DNA from: Thermoplasmata archaeon | Lineage (GTDB): Archaea > Thermoplasmatota > Thermoplasmata > Lutacidiplasmatales > UBA184 | Assembly (NCBI GenBank): GCA_049285595.1 | Contig: JBAQAF010000039.1 | Span: forward strand, 6,373-70,372 | Reading direction: 5' to 3' | Length of the DNA: 64,000 bases | In this document: positions 55,671 to 64,000 of the stretch, one piece after another | How the letters are laid out: each line of letters starts with the position of its first letter | Position numbering within the stretch: position 1 is the stretch's first letter | Notes under the pieces: generated by a model | Told to the model about the DNA's origin: nothing | The model's database searches: none | What the model saw: only the letters and a program-made list of their open reading frames with translations | Translations under genes and position numbers: made by a program

Positions 55671-58600
55671 CTACGACGACGGCGGCCGCCGGAACGGCCA
55701 GAACGGTGTCGCGGCCGGGGCGGCCGCCGCCGCAGTCGCCTCCCCGACTACGACGCCTTCCGCCTGGAGCAGCTTGAGGGCATCGCGCGCCTTCTCCAGG
55801 GCCGCCGGATAGTCGTTCGCCCGAAGGCGGAGCGATTCGGTGAGCAACGCGCGAGCCTTCGTGGTGTCGATCTCCCGCTCCTCGGCGCGGGCGAGCGCGG
55901 CGTCGATCAGGTAGTGCAGGTTCGTCAACTCCCGATGGAGCGATTTGCGCAGGTTCAGATCCTCTTCCACCTTCAGCAGTCGGGCGCCGCCTTCCAGCAC
56001 GCGGCCCGACGTGAGGAGATCGTCGGCCGCCTGGAGCTGCTCCTTCACGGGACCCACGCTGACGTGCAGACCCTCCTCCGCGAACGTCACCTCCGACGCG
56101 ACCTCCTTGCGGCGGCGTTGCAGGGGGCCCCGGACGCTCTCTTCGAGCGCGGCGCTCGCGCGGGCGAGGTGCGCGGTCGCCTCCCCGAGCCGGCCGGAGT
56201 CGACGGCCGCGCGCGCCTCGCCGAACGTCTGCATCGCGGGAGTGGTGTCAACCCCGAGGCGCTCGCCGACCCACAGGCGGTCCCGCAACGTGGCGACCGC
56301 CCGCAGCACGACCTCCCGGCGCTGACCACGGACGACCTCGAGCTCGGCGTGGGCGAGGCGGAGCGCTCCGCCGACGTCCCGGGAGGCTCGCAGCGTCCCG
56401 AGCTTCTTCGCGACGTCCTCGCGGCGGGACACTTCGGCGGGGGGGACGGGGCCGGTCTCCTTCGCGTCGGCCTCGACCTCCCTCCAGCGGCCATCGATCG
56501 TCTCCTCGAACAGGCGTCGGGCCGAATCCTCGGCCTGCACGATCGTGCTGCGTGCCTCCGTCCACTGGTGGGCGCGGGCCGCCGCCTCCGCGCTCGCGAC
56601 GAGCGCCTCGAGCGGCTCGAGCTCCGCAGAGAGCCCCTCGCCTCGGGCCGCCTCGGCCTGGCGACGCAGCTCCCCCAGCGGCGTCGCGAATGTCCGGTCG
56701 ATCGCCCAGCGGGCCATCTCGGTCGCTTCGCGGGCGCGTCGAACGGCGGGAGAGTAATGGCCGGCGGCGATCTCCTGACGCGCCTCGGCGAGCTCGGCCG
56801 AGGCGTCGGTCGCTTCCGCCCCGAGCGATTTCGCCTCGCTCAACTGATGTTCGGCGACCTCGATCGTCTCGCGACCCCGTCGCAGGCCGTCGCGGGCCGC
56901 GGCGACGACCTCGTAGACGAAGATCGTTCGCTCGAAGACGTCGGGATATGACCCTTTGGCGAACGACGACTTGCCGTTGCGCAGCGCATCCTGCGCCTCG
57001 GTCGCGACGACCCCCTCCGCGAGCGCCGTGGCGATCGCCTTCTCGGCCGCGACCAGCGACCCTTCGGCGAGCCGGTGCTGGAGGTCGGCCTGTTCGAGCT
57101 CCCGCTCGCTGCGCGCCGCGAGCTGCACGGAGTCGAGCGGACGGCCCTCGTCGAGCGACATCCTCGCTTGGTGCAGGAGATTCTCGGCGACCGAGGTGTT
57201 CGCCCCGTCGCGCCGCAGCTGCGTCACGGTCGCCTGGAACCCAGCGAGCGTCTTCGAGACGTGCCGGTACGTCGCCTGGTGGAGTTCCCGCTCGAGGGGA
57301 CCGGCGAGCTCGACGACGCGAGCGTACTCCCGCCCGGCGAGGAGGGCGTCGAACCGCTCCCCGCGGGAGCGCAGATCGCCGACGTCGACCCGCAGGAGGT
57401 CCGCCTGAGCGAGCGCCTCGTGCACCCGCTTGGCGGCCCGCTCGGCGTGTTCGACGAACCCGCGGGTGCTGATCAGGGCGCTGCGGACCTCGTCGATCAG
57501 CGCGGCGGCGCCCGTCGGCACGGGGAGCGCGACGCGGCGGCGCGCTTCGGCGAGCGGCGTCACGATCTTATCGAGCGGCACGCCTGCGGAGCGGGCGATG
57601 TCGAGGTCCCGTTCGAGCGACCGGAGGTTCTCGTCGAGGATCGGGCGAAGGATCGCGAGCAGCTCGTCATGCAATAGCATCGACCCGGTCCGGGTCGCCT
57701 CGGGCGCCGCGGTCGTCCGCTCCGTTCGGAGCGCTTCGAGGCGGTGGGCCATCGGTTCGACCGGGGCCCCCAGCTGTCGTCCTTCCTCGATCAGCAGACC
57801 GACCTCCCCGAGGAGGCGCTCGGTCTCGACCCGCGCGCTCTCCGCGGAGAGGCGTGACTCTACGTCGTCGAGGACGGTGCGGGCCTGGTCGAACCGCAGC
57901 GCCGAAAGGTCCTCTCGGGCCTGCTTGAGCGGCTCGTAGAACGTCGTCGGGTCGGCTCCGCCGGCGCGGATCCGCCCGAGCTGATCCTGCAGACGGGAGA
58001 TCCGTTCGACGATCGTATGAGCGGCGGCGCGGCCCCGGCCCGCGGACTCTTCCAGCTGGGAGGCGGTGCGGTACGCGTCGAGGTAGCGACCGTCCCGGGC
58101 CGACGCCTGCGCTTCGTCCAACAGCGGTCGAAGCGTCGTGAGGTCGAGGCCGATCGGCTCGAGCTCGACGAGGGCGAGCTTCGCGTGGGAGATCGCCTCG
58201 TCCGCGCGCAGGAGCTGCTGCTGGCGCGCGCGCGTGCGGATCTCCTGCGACGCGTGGGACGCCTGGACGAAGTCCCCCATGTTGAAGATCTGCTGGACCT
58301 CGTCGATCTGCCGCTGGATCTCGTCGCTCGCCCCGCCCATCGAGTCGAGCACCCGGACCTCGGCCTCGAGACCCTCGACCAGCGCCGAGGCGTGTACGCC
58401 GAAGACGGCGGAGAACTCCCGCTCCGCGCGATGCAGGCTCTCGACGGAGGCGACGATGTCCTGCTTCACGCGGAGCGCGACGTCCGCGTCGGCGAGCAGC
58501 CGCCGCACCGGGGCGGTGAGCGCCGCGTCGGAGATCTCGACGAACGACTTCTCCATCTCCTCCACGCGGCGCGCCACGTACGGACCCGCCGAGGTGCGCA

Positions 58601-60167
58601 GCTCGACCTCGTATCGGGCGATCCGTTCGGCCGCCGCGCCGAGATCTCCGGCGTCGAGCAGGGTGCGCGCCTCGGCGAGCAGCCCCTCGGTCTCCCCCGA
58701 AACGAACCCGTGCTCATGGGCGTACGACCGGGTCCGCTCGAGGGTGCTCCACCGCTCGACAAAGAATCGGAGCGCCTCCTTGCCGGCGACCCGGATCGCC
58801 TCTTTGAGCGCCTCCTTCGCGGCCGGCACGTCCGCCCGGTCGAGGAACGTCCGGACGCGGGCGACGGAGGCGTCGTACTGCTCGCTCGGGAATCCAGCCG
58901 AGCGGAATCGAACGAGCATCTCCTGCAACGTGGCGAGCTCTCCGCGCGATGAGTCGAGGTCCTCGGTGAGCCCGCTGACCCGGTCGAGCGCCTCCTGCGC
59001 GGCCGCGAGCGCCTCGGAGTAGATCTTCAGGCGAAGGGCTTCGCGCGCGCGGTTCATCGCGGCGAACACCTCGCTCGGGTCCCGGCCGAGCCGTCGGGCG
59101 CCTGCGATGCGGGGCCGGACCTCGTCGAGCAGACCAGCAACGACGGTGACGATCGGCTCCTCAGCGGCGATGCGCGCATCCGAGAGCAGCCCGGCGATAT
59201 CGCGGGGCGCCGTCGTCGGCAGCCGCGCGAGCGCGGTCTCGACCGCCGCGATCGCGGCCGCGGCGTCGACCTCGAACTCCCCGACCGTCACCAGCGATCC
59301 TCGAAGCCCCTCGAGGATCTGCCGGCACCGTTCCCGGAGCCCCTCGGCGACCTCGGGGATCGCCGCCTCGATCGCCCCGACGGTCTCGGGCCATCGGTCG
59401 ATGCGGGCGACCTCGTCCGCGCGCAGGGCCGCGTCGAGCGGACCGGTCGGCGCTCCGAGCTCCTCCGCGGTGCCGCGCAGACGCTCGGCGTTCTCGCGGG
59501 TGGATCGGTGGCGCTCGACGGCCTCGGGGAGACCGCTCGTCAGGGCGCGTTGGACCGTCGTGAGCGCGTCGGCGAGCGCGTCGTCCCGGGCCGAGACGAC
59601 GACCTCGGGAAGACCCCGCTCGAACTCGGTGAGCCGGACGCCCTCGAGCCCGGCCCATTTCGCCACCGTAAGGGCACGCCCCCGTACCCCTTCGAGGTAG
59701 CCGGTCGCGGCGTCCCGGATGCCGTCCTCGACCTTCGTCAGGCGAGCGAGCGAATCGGTCCAGGCCGCTTCGGCCGGGGGGTGCGCGAGCGCCTCGAGCT
59801 CGGTCGCGAGCTCCGGCGGAAAGGAGATGCCGAGGCCGGTGAGCCGACCGAGCGACTCGCCGGTACGCCGGCGCCGATCCTCGAGCAGGCCCGGGACGGA
59901 CGAGGCGAGGTCGGCGAGCAGCCCCTGGGACGCGGTCTCGACCTGGTCCCAGTCGGAACGGCGGACGAGCTCGCGGATCTCGTTGATGCGGGTGAGGGCG
60001 CTGGGCGGCACGATCCCCAGGCGCTCGAGCTGGCCGACCCGCTCCTCGGCCTCCTTCAGAGCGACCTCGGCGGTCTGGCGCTTCTTGCGCAGAGCCTCGG
60101 CCTTTTCCTGAAGGATCCGGGTCAGCCGGGACGACGGTAGAGGTCCGACGCCTCCCGGACCGGACAC
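55671..60167 (-). CDS. Giant all-helical tandem-repeat protein (about 60-aa TPR/MIT-like units), function unknown
   Basis: 1498 aa with a GTG start preceded by GGAGGT (5-nt spacer). No TM, signal peptide or enzymatic motif was seen. I counted about 18-20 repeats by eye carrying the signature L..A...L..G.[YFWL]..A. It is A/E/R/L-rich. Confidence 0.75.
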   Translation of the reverse strand: MSGPGGVGPLPSSRLTRILQEKAEALRKKRQTAEVALKEAEERVGQLERLGIVPPSALTRINEIRELVRRSDWDQVETASQGLLADLASSVPGLLEDRRRRTGESLGRLTGLGISFPPELATELEALAHPPAEAAWTDSLARLTKVEDGIRDAATGYLEGVRGRALTVAKWAGLEGVRLTEFERGLPEVVVSARDDALADALTTVQRALTSGLPEAVERHRSTRENAERLRGTAEELGAPTGPLDAALRADEVARIDRWPETVGAIEAAIPEVAEGLRERCRQILEGLRGSLVTVGEFEVDAAAAIAAVETALARLPTTAPRDIAGLLSDARIAAEEPIVTVVAGLLDEVRPRIAGARRLGRDPSEVFAAMNRAREALRLKIYSEALAAAQEALDRVSGLTEDLDSSRGELATLQEMLVRFRSAGFPSEQYDASVARVRTFLDRADVPAAKEALKEAIRVAGKEALRFFVERWSTLERTRSYAHEHGFVSGETEGLLAEARTLLDAGDLGAAAERIARYEVELRTSAGPYVARRVEEMEKSFVEISDAALTAPVRRLLADADVALRVKQDIVASVESLHRAEREFSAVFGVHASALVEGLEAEVRVLDSMGGASDEIQRQIDEVQQIFNMGDFVQASHASQEIRTRARQQQLLRADEAISHAKLALVELEPIGLDLTTLRPLLDEAQASARDGRYLDAYRTASQLEESAGRGRAAAHTIVERISRLQDQLGRIRAGGADPTTFYEPLKQAREDLSALRFDQARTVLDDVESRLSAESARVETERLLGEVGLLIEEGRQLGAPVEPMAHRLEALRTERTTAAPEATRTGSMLLHDELLAILRPILDENLRSLERDLDIARSAGVPLDKIVTPLAEARRRVALPVPTGAAALIDEVRSALISTRGFVEHAERAAKRVHEALAQADLLRVDVGDLRSRGERFDALLAGREYARVVELAGPLERELHQATYRHVSKTLAGFQATVTQLRRDGANTSVAENLLHQARMSLDEGRPLDSVQLAARSERELEQADLQHRLAEGSLVAAEKAIATALAEGVVATEAQDALRNGKSSFAKGSYPDVFERTIFVYEVVAAARDGLRRGRETIEVAEHQLSEAKSLGAEATDASAELAEARQEIAAGHYSPAVRRAREATEMARWAIDRTFATPLGELRRQAEAARGEGLSAELEPLEALVASAEAAARAHQWTEARSTIVQAEDSARRLFEETIDGRWREVEADAKETGPVPPAEVSRREDVAKKLGTLRASRDVGGALRLAHAELEVVRGQRREVVLRAVATLRDRLWVGERLGVDTTPAMQTFGEARAAVDSGRLGEATAHLARASAALEESVRGPLQRRRKEVASEVTFAEEGLHVSVGPVKEQLQAADDLLTSGRVLEGGARLLKVEEDLNLRKSLHRELTNLHYLIDAALARAEEREIDTTKARALLTESLRLRANDYPAALEKARDALKLLQAEGVVVGEATAAAAAPAATPFWPFRRPPSS

Positions 60168-60245
60168 GCGCTACCTCCCGTACGCCCCGCCTCCCTACGT
60201 TTTAAGAGAAGGTGCGCGGGCAGCAGTTTCATGCCGCACCTACCC

Positions 60246-60251
60246 TATAAA
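60246..60251 (-). promoter_or_regulatory. Candidate TATA box (minus strand CATTTATAGGG) for the giant repeat-protein gene
   Basis: The best TATA match in the window, about 80 nt upstream of GTG 60167. Unlike most genes here, this one would have a leader with a Shine-Dalgarno-like GGAGGT. Confidence 0.4.
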
Positions 60252-60291
60252 TGAAACGCGCCTTCGGCCCGTCAGCCGGCGGCGTCGTGCT

Positions 60292-60678
60292 TCACGTCCG
60301 GGTGATGAGTCGCTTGCCCATCGCATCGACGTATTGGATCTCCGCCCCGGGTGCGAGGAGCGCCTTCGTCTCCGCATCGAGCGGGAGCGTGAACGTCTCG
60401 TACGACTCCAGGTCCATCAGCTGGACCTCGCCCTCGGTCATCGACAGGACCTGAGCCTGCCGCTTACCGATCAACGGCACGCGGATCTTGTGGGTCACGG
60501 GGAAGACGACGCTGCGCTTGGAGCCGTCAAAGACACCGACCGCGTCGATCCGTGCCTTCGCTTCACCGTGCTTTCCCGGTTTTGACATCTGGATGCTGAT
60601 GATGCGGCACGGCTCTTCCTCGATGAGCATGTAGCGCCCCACCTTCAGCTCCCGGACCTCCTGCTGCGTCCAGGCCAT
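60292..60678 (-). CDS. eif5a: Translation initiation factor 5A (aIF5A)
   Basis: 128 aa with the hypusination loop '[13 protein letters not shown]'. Confidence 0.95.
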   Translation of the reverse strand: MAWTQQEVRELKVGRYMLIEEEPCRIISIQMSKPGKHGEAKARIDAVGVFDGSKRSVVFPVTHKIRVPLIGKRQAQVLSMTEGEVQLMDLESYETFTLPLDAETKALLAPGAEIQYVDAMGKRLITRT

Positions 60679-60830
60679 GATCTTCTCCTCGGAGGCCCAC
60701 GCAGCGGAACGGTGGCATAAGAGTTGCTCCGATGCGGAATTCCTCCGGCGCGGTAGGTCCCTGGCTTGCGACCGAGGGTTTATTCCCGCCCAGGTCGCTC
60801 GATAGACGGCGGGGGACGTAGGCGGGAGCG

Positions 60831-63800
60831 ATGCCGGAGGAGGCGCGGCAGTTCACCGTTCGCTCGCTCGAGCCGGACGTCCGGGCCCTGTGGCGGAGCC
60901 GACGTCTCCCCCCGCCGGGCGGACTCCTCGGTCCGAAGGACGGGGCGATCGTTCGCCAGTTCGAGGGGTCGATCGCGCCCGGAGATCCCCCCGAGATGAT
61001 CGCTCATCGCGCGGTCGCCGCCGACGTCGACGCGCGGCACCTGATGCTGTCGGGCCGTGGGGTCTCGGGGACGCTGCGCTACGAGGTGCGCCGCGAGGAG
61101 ACGGAGCCCAATCCGATCGGACCGTTGCTCGAGACGCTGGGCGTCTGGACCGGCGGGGCGGCCGACCGGCCGTGGGACTCGGCCGACCGCATGACGGGGA
61201 TCCAGGCGATCGTCTCGCGCCTGGCCCGTCGGGAGATCCTCGCCGCTCGCGACGGCCCCCTGCGGCTCTGCCTTTCGTGCCGGGTCCCCCGGACCCCCGA
61301 GCGGATCATCTACCAGAAGGAGGTCGGCGACACGTTCCTGGTCCGGTTCCCCCTGCAGGGTACCGACCCTCCGGTCGACGCTCTGGTCTGGGTCGATGCC
61401 CCCTGGCGGCTTCTCGGCGCGAGCGCCCTCCTCGTCCATCCCGAGGTCCCGTACGCGGTCGTGGAGTACCGCCACAAGGGGTCGAGCGCGCTCCTCCTCG
61501 TCTCCCGCGGCGCGCTCGATCGATTGCGCGCCTGGCTGCCCGACGTCGAGCTCGAGGTCCGGGAAGAGCGGCCGGGCCGCGAGTGGGTGGGCCGGCCCTA
61601 CGCCTACCCGCTCCGCCATGAATTCCCCATCGGGGGAGGGCTCGACCCGCCCGCGGGAACGGTACAGGCGGACCTCGAGGTCGGCGACACCGGGACCGGG
61701 ATCGTGCCGCTCGTCCCGGGCCACGGACCGACCGACGCGGAGATCGCGGACCGCCTGGGGATCACCGGATGGCCCCTGCTCACCCCGAGCGGGTTGCTCG
61801 ACCCGACCTTGATGCACAAGTACTCGGGGCTCGATGTGGAGACGGCCAACGAGTTCGTCTCCCGGGACCTGACGGAGAGCGGCGCGGTCCTTGCCCGACT
61901 GCGGGTCGTCCGGGGGGTCCCGTACTGTGCCATCTGCGGCCACCGGATGGTCTGGGTCCCGGGGCGGGCCTGGTGCCTCGAGCCGACCCGGCTCCCGGCG
62001 GAGCAGAAGGACCGGTACGCCCACCTGTTGCCGCGGGATCGACCGATCGGCCAGATCGAGATCGCCCGCTGGCCGGTGAGCGAGACGAGTGCCTCCCGCG
62101 ACCCCAGCGCGATCTCGCTGCTCGAATGCGCGCGATGCGAGCGCCTCGACGCCCCCGACGGGCCGATCGAATGTCCGTGCGGCGGGACACGACGGTTGGT
62201 CGCTCGGCGGCTCCTTCCATCGATCGGCGGGGCGTTCGGCGCCTGGTCGCGCTGCGATCCGCTCCCGCGGGCCGACACGGTCCGCATCTATACCAACGAA
62301 CGTCGGCGCGTTCCCGCGCTCGTCCACCACCTCAGTGCGATGACCGGGATCGACGCGTCCATTTCCGAGATCGGTCTCACGCTCGTTCCGACCGTCGCCC
62401 GGATCGACCTGGCGGAGCTCGTCGCCGCGCACGGCGCGGATGCGGTCCGTGCCGCGTTCGTACGCACGGCCGGCGCCGGCGGTTCCACGACGACGTTCGA
62501 GGAACGGTGTCGGCAAGAGGAGGAGCGGTGTGCGCGATTCTTCTCGCAGGCCGAGGCCCTCCTAGAGCATTGCACCCCCGAGATCTTGCGAGAGGGGGCT
62601 CGACCCCCCGATGCGGCGGCGCGGGACCTCGAGGTCGAGGACCGAGCGATCCTCGCCCGGTGGGCGCGCACGCACCTGCGCGTACTGGCATCGTACGACC
62701 GCTGGCAGCCGGACACCGCGCACCGTCAGCTGTTCCGATTCCTCGAACGCGACCTCCTCGAGTATCTCGAGATCACCCGGCCGCGCCTCGACTTCGCCGG
62801 CTCCCCCGCCACGAAGCGGGGGGCCCTGCGCACGCTCGTCTACCTGTTCCGCGCGGCGGCGATCGCGCTCGCCCCGATCGCCCCGTTCACGGCCGACACG
62901 GTGCACCGGCGTCTCCTCGGGGAACCTCGGAGCCTGTTCGAATCGACCGACCTCGGGGGAGACCGGACGCTAGTCAACGAGGAGCTGGCTACCGCTTGGG
63001 ACCGCTGGCATGCGGTGATCGCCTCCGCCGACACGTTCCGCCGCGATCATCACCTCGCGTCGTCCACGCAACTCCCCCTCGCGGCGATCGTCTTCCGGGA
63101 CGAGGAGACGGCGGCCCGGCTTCGGGCGGACCGCGCGACGATCGAGCGGCTCGCGAGGATCGCCCGGCTCGAGGTGACGAGCCCGCAGGTCCCGTGGGCA
63201 GCCCGCCAACGGCGACTCGTTCCCGTGGAGAGCGAGATCCAGCGCGCCTATCCGGCGCTCGCGACGCAGATCGTCCACCTTCTCGAGCGGATGCCGCCTC
63301 GACGGAGTACCGAGTCGCCCGGGCGCGAGCTCACCGTCTTCGTCCACGGGGTGCCCCGTACGATCACCCCGGAGATGGTGACGACGGTCGACACGCTCCC
63401 GGAGGGGTACGCGCCGATCCCGTACGGGCCGGGGGAGATGTACGTCCAGCCGCCGCCGAAGGGCGAATCGATCGCAACGCCCCCGCCGCTCTCCTCGGAC
63501 GCCTTTTGGGTAGTCCGGTGGGTCCGTCGCCGGCTCGCGGCCGCCCCCGCGGCGGGCGATCCCGCCGGACACGTCGCGATCGTCTCCGCGGTCGATCCGC
63601 TCGCCGCCGAGCTTCGAGAAAAATCCGCCGCGATCGCGGAGTACCTCGGGCTCCGTGAGCTGCGCATCGTCGGCAACGTCCCCGAGTCGCTTCCGCACGC
63701 TCAGATGGAGGGCCGGACCCGAACGGGGGCGCGGTGGACGGTCTCACTGCCGGGGATCGCGGCCCACCACCGCCTACCGAAGCGTCGAACCGCCCGTTCG

Positions 63801-64000
63801 GACGGCCGGCGCGTTCGCCCTCCCCGGGAGCCGACGGCCCCGGCCGAGGTCGATTACGCGGACGATGCGGTGATCGCCCGGGAGGAGTCGATCCGCGATC
63901 TCGGCCGCGAGCTCGATGCGCTGCTCGCCGCACCGCTCCTCGGTCCCGCCAAGGTGACGATCGCCTGGGAAGCCGGTCTCCGTTCGATGCAAGAGTATCG
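60831..64000 (+). CDS. Isoleucyl-tRNA-synthetase-like protein lacking HIGH and KMSKS (3' end outside the window)
   Basis: Not in the supplied track. I translated this frame codon by codon. ATG 60831 follows an in-frame TAG (60819-60821), and no stop occurs to 64000 (more than 1056 codons). The class Ia architecture is present, including CP1 '[15 protein letters not shown]', Zn-knuckle positions 'YCAICGH' and 'ECPCGG', '[10 protein letters not shown]' and the anticodon-binding helices. Confidence 0.8.
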   Translation, partial: MPEEARQFTVRSLEPDVRALWRSRRLPPPGGLLGPKDGAIVRQFEGSIAPGDPPEMIAHRAVAADVDARHLMLSGRGVSGTLRYEVRREETEPNPIGPLLETLGVWTGGAADRPWDSADRMTGIQAIVSRLARREILAARDGPLRLCLSCRVPRTPERIIYQKEVGDTFLVRFPLQGTDPPVDALVWVDAPWRLLGASALLVHPEVPYAVVEYRHKGSSALLLVSRGALDRLRAWLPDVELEVREERPGREWVGRPYAYPLRHEFPIGGGLDPPAGTVQADLEVGDTGTGIVPLVPGHGPTDAEIADRLGITGWPLLTPSGLLDPTLMHKYSGLDVETANEFVSRDLTESGAVLARLRVVRGVPYCAICGHRMVWVPGRAWCLEPTRLPAEQKDRYAHLLPRDRPIGQIEIARWPVSETSASRDPSAISLLECARCERLDAPDGPIECPCGGTRRLVARRLLPSIGGAFGAWSRCDPLPRADTVRIYTNERRRVPALVHHLSAMTGIDASISEIGLTLVPTVARIDLAELVAAHGADAVRAAFVRTAGAGGSTTTFEERCRQEEERCARFFSQAEALLEHCTPEILREGARPPDAAARDLEVEDRAILARWARTHLRVLASYDRWQPDTAHRQLFRFLERDLLEYLEITRPRLDFAGSPATKRGALRTLVYLFRAAAIALAPIAPFTADTVHRRLLGEPRSLFESTDLGGDRTLVNEELATAWDRWHAVIASADTFRRDHHLASSTQLPLAAIVFRDEETAARLRADRATIERLARIARLEVTSPQVPWAARQRRLVPVESEIQRAYPALATQIVHLLERMPPRRSTESPGRELTVFVHGVPRTITPEMVTTVDTLPEGYAPIPYGPGEMYVQPPPKGESIATPPPLSSDAFWVVRWVRRRLAAAPAAGDPAGHVAIVSAVDPLAAELREKSAAIAEYLGLRELRIVGNVPESLPHAQMEGRTRTGARWTVSLPGIAAHHRLPKRRTARSDGRRVRPPREPTAPAEVDYADDAVIAREESIRDLGRELDALLAAPLLGPAKVTIAWEAGLRSMQEY

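Noticed and set aside
1-64000. CRISPR arrays, IS elements or transposases, integrases, prophage genes, toxin-antitoxin pairs and rRNA operons.
   Set aside because: I saw no regularly spaced direct repeats, no DDE, serine or tyrosine recombinase motifs in any credible ORF, and no rRNA-like conserved stretches. The RHH gene at 31327 has no adjacent toxin-like partner. The scan was by eye only.

Overview
This is a very GC-rich (judged by eye), densely coding archaeal chromosomal window. Archaeal identity rests on the ether-lipid genes (GGGPS, DGGGPS, CDP-archaeol synthase), tRNA-splicing endonuclease, aIF5A, DtdA, a GHMP-type shikimate kinase and the ADH-synthase/DHQ-synthase-II entry into the shikimate pathway. 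Thermopsin-like surface proteins hint at a Thermoplasmatota-like lineage, with low confidence.

Layout:
(i) 1.5-16.6 kb: a 15-gene, almost gap-free aro-asd-ask-trp supraoperon.
(ii) 16.6-18.9 kb: an ABC-2 transporter.
(iii) 19.9-27.2 kb: a minus-strand operon mixing three lipid genes with a DUF2070-like membrane protein, an M20 peptidase, pyrE and endA.
(iv) 27.4-36.9 kb: membrane and surface proteins, an M16 peptidase pair and DtdA.
(v) 37.2-41.5 kb: Opp-type permease and ATPase genes with large insertions.
(vi) 41.7-49.9 kb: a bacterial-style pentose-phosphate cluster (tkt-pgi-HAD-gnd-zwf-pgl plus a ROK kinase).
(vii) 50.0-53.4 kb: a 1138-aa substrate-binding protein.
(viii) An ORF-poor gap of about 0.95 kb followed by an intron-containing tRNA-Glu.
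(ix) A 1498-aa helical-repeat protein and aIF5A.
(x) An IleRS-like ORF (60831 to beyond 64000). It is absent from the supplied ORF track because it runs off the window, and it lacks the HIGH and KMSKS signatures.

I saw no rRNA, CRISPR array, transposase or prophage signal. Many track ORFs are GC-driven artefacts or have over-extended N-termini. I re-called starts where ATGA/GTGA stop-start overlaps and family-typical N-termini supported it. All family calls come from motif recognition by eye, not from database searches.
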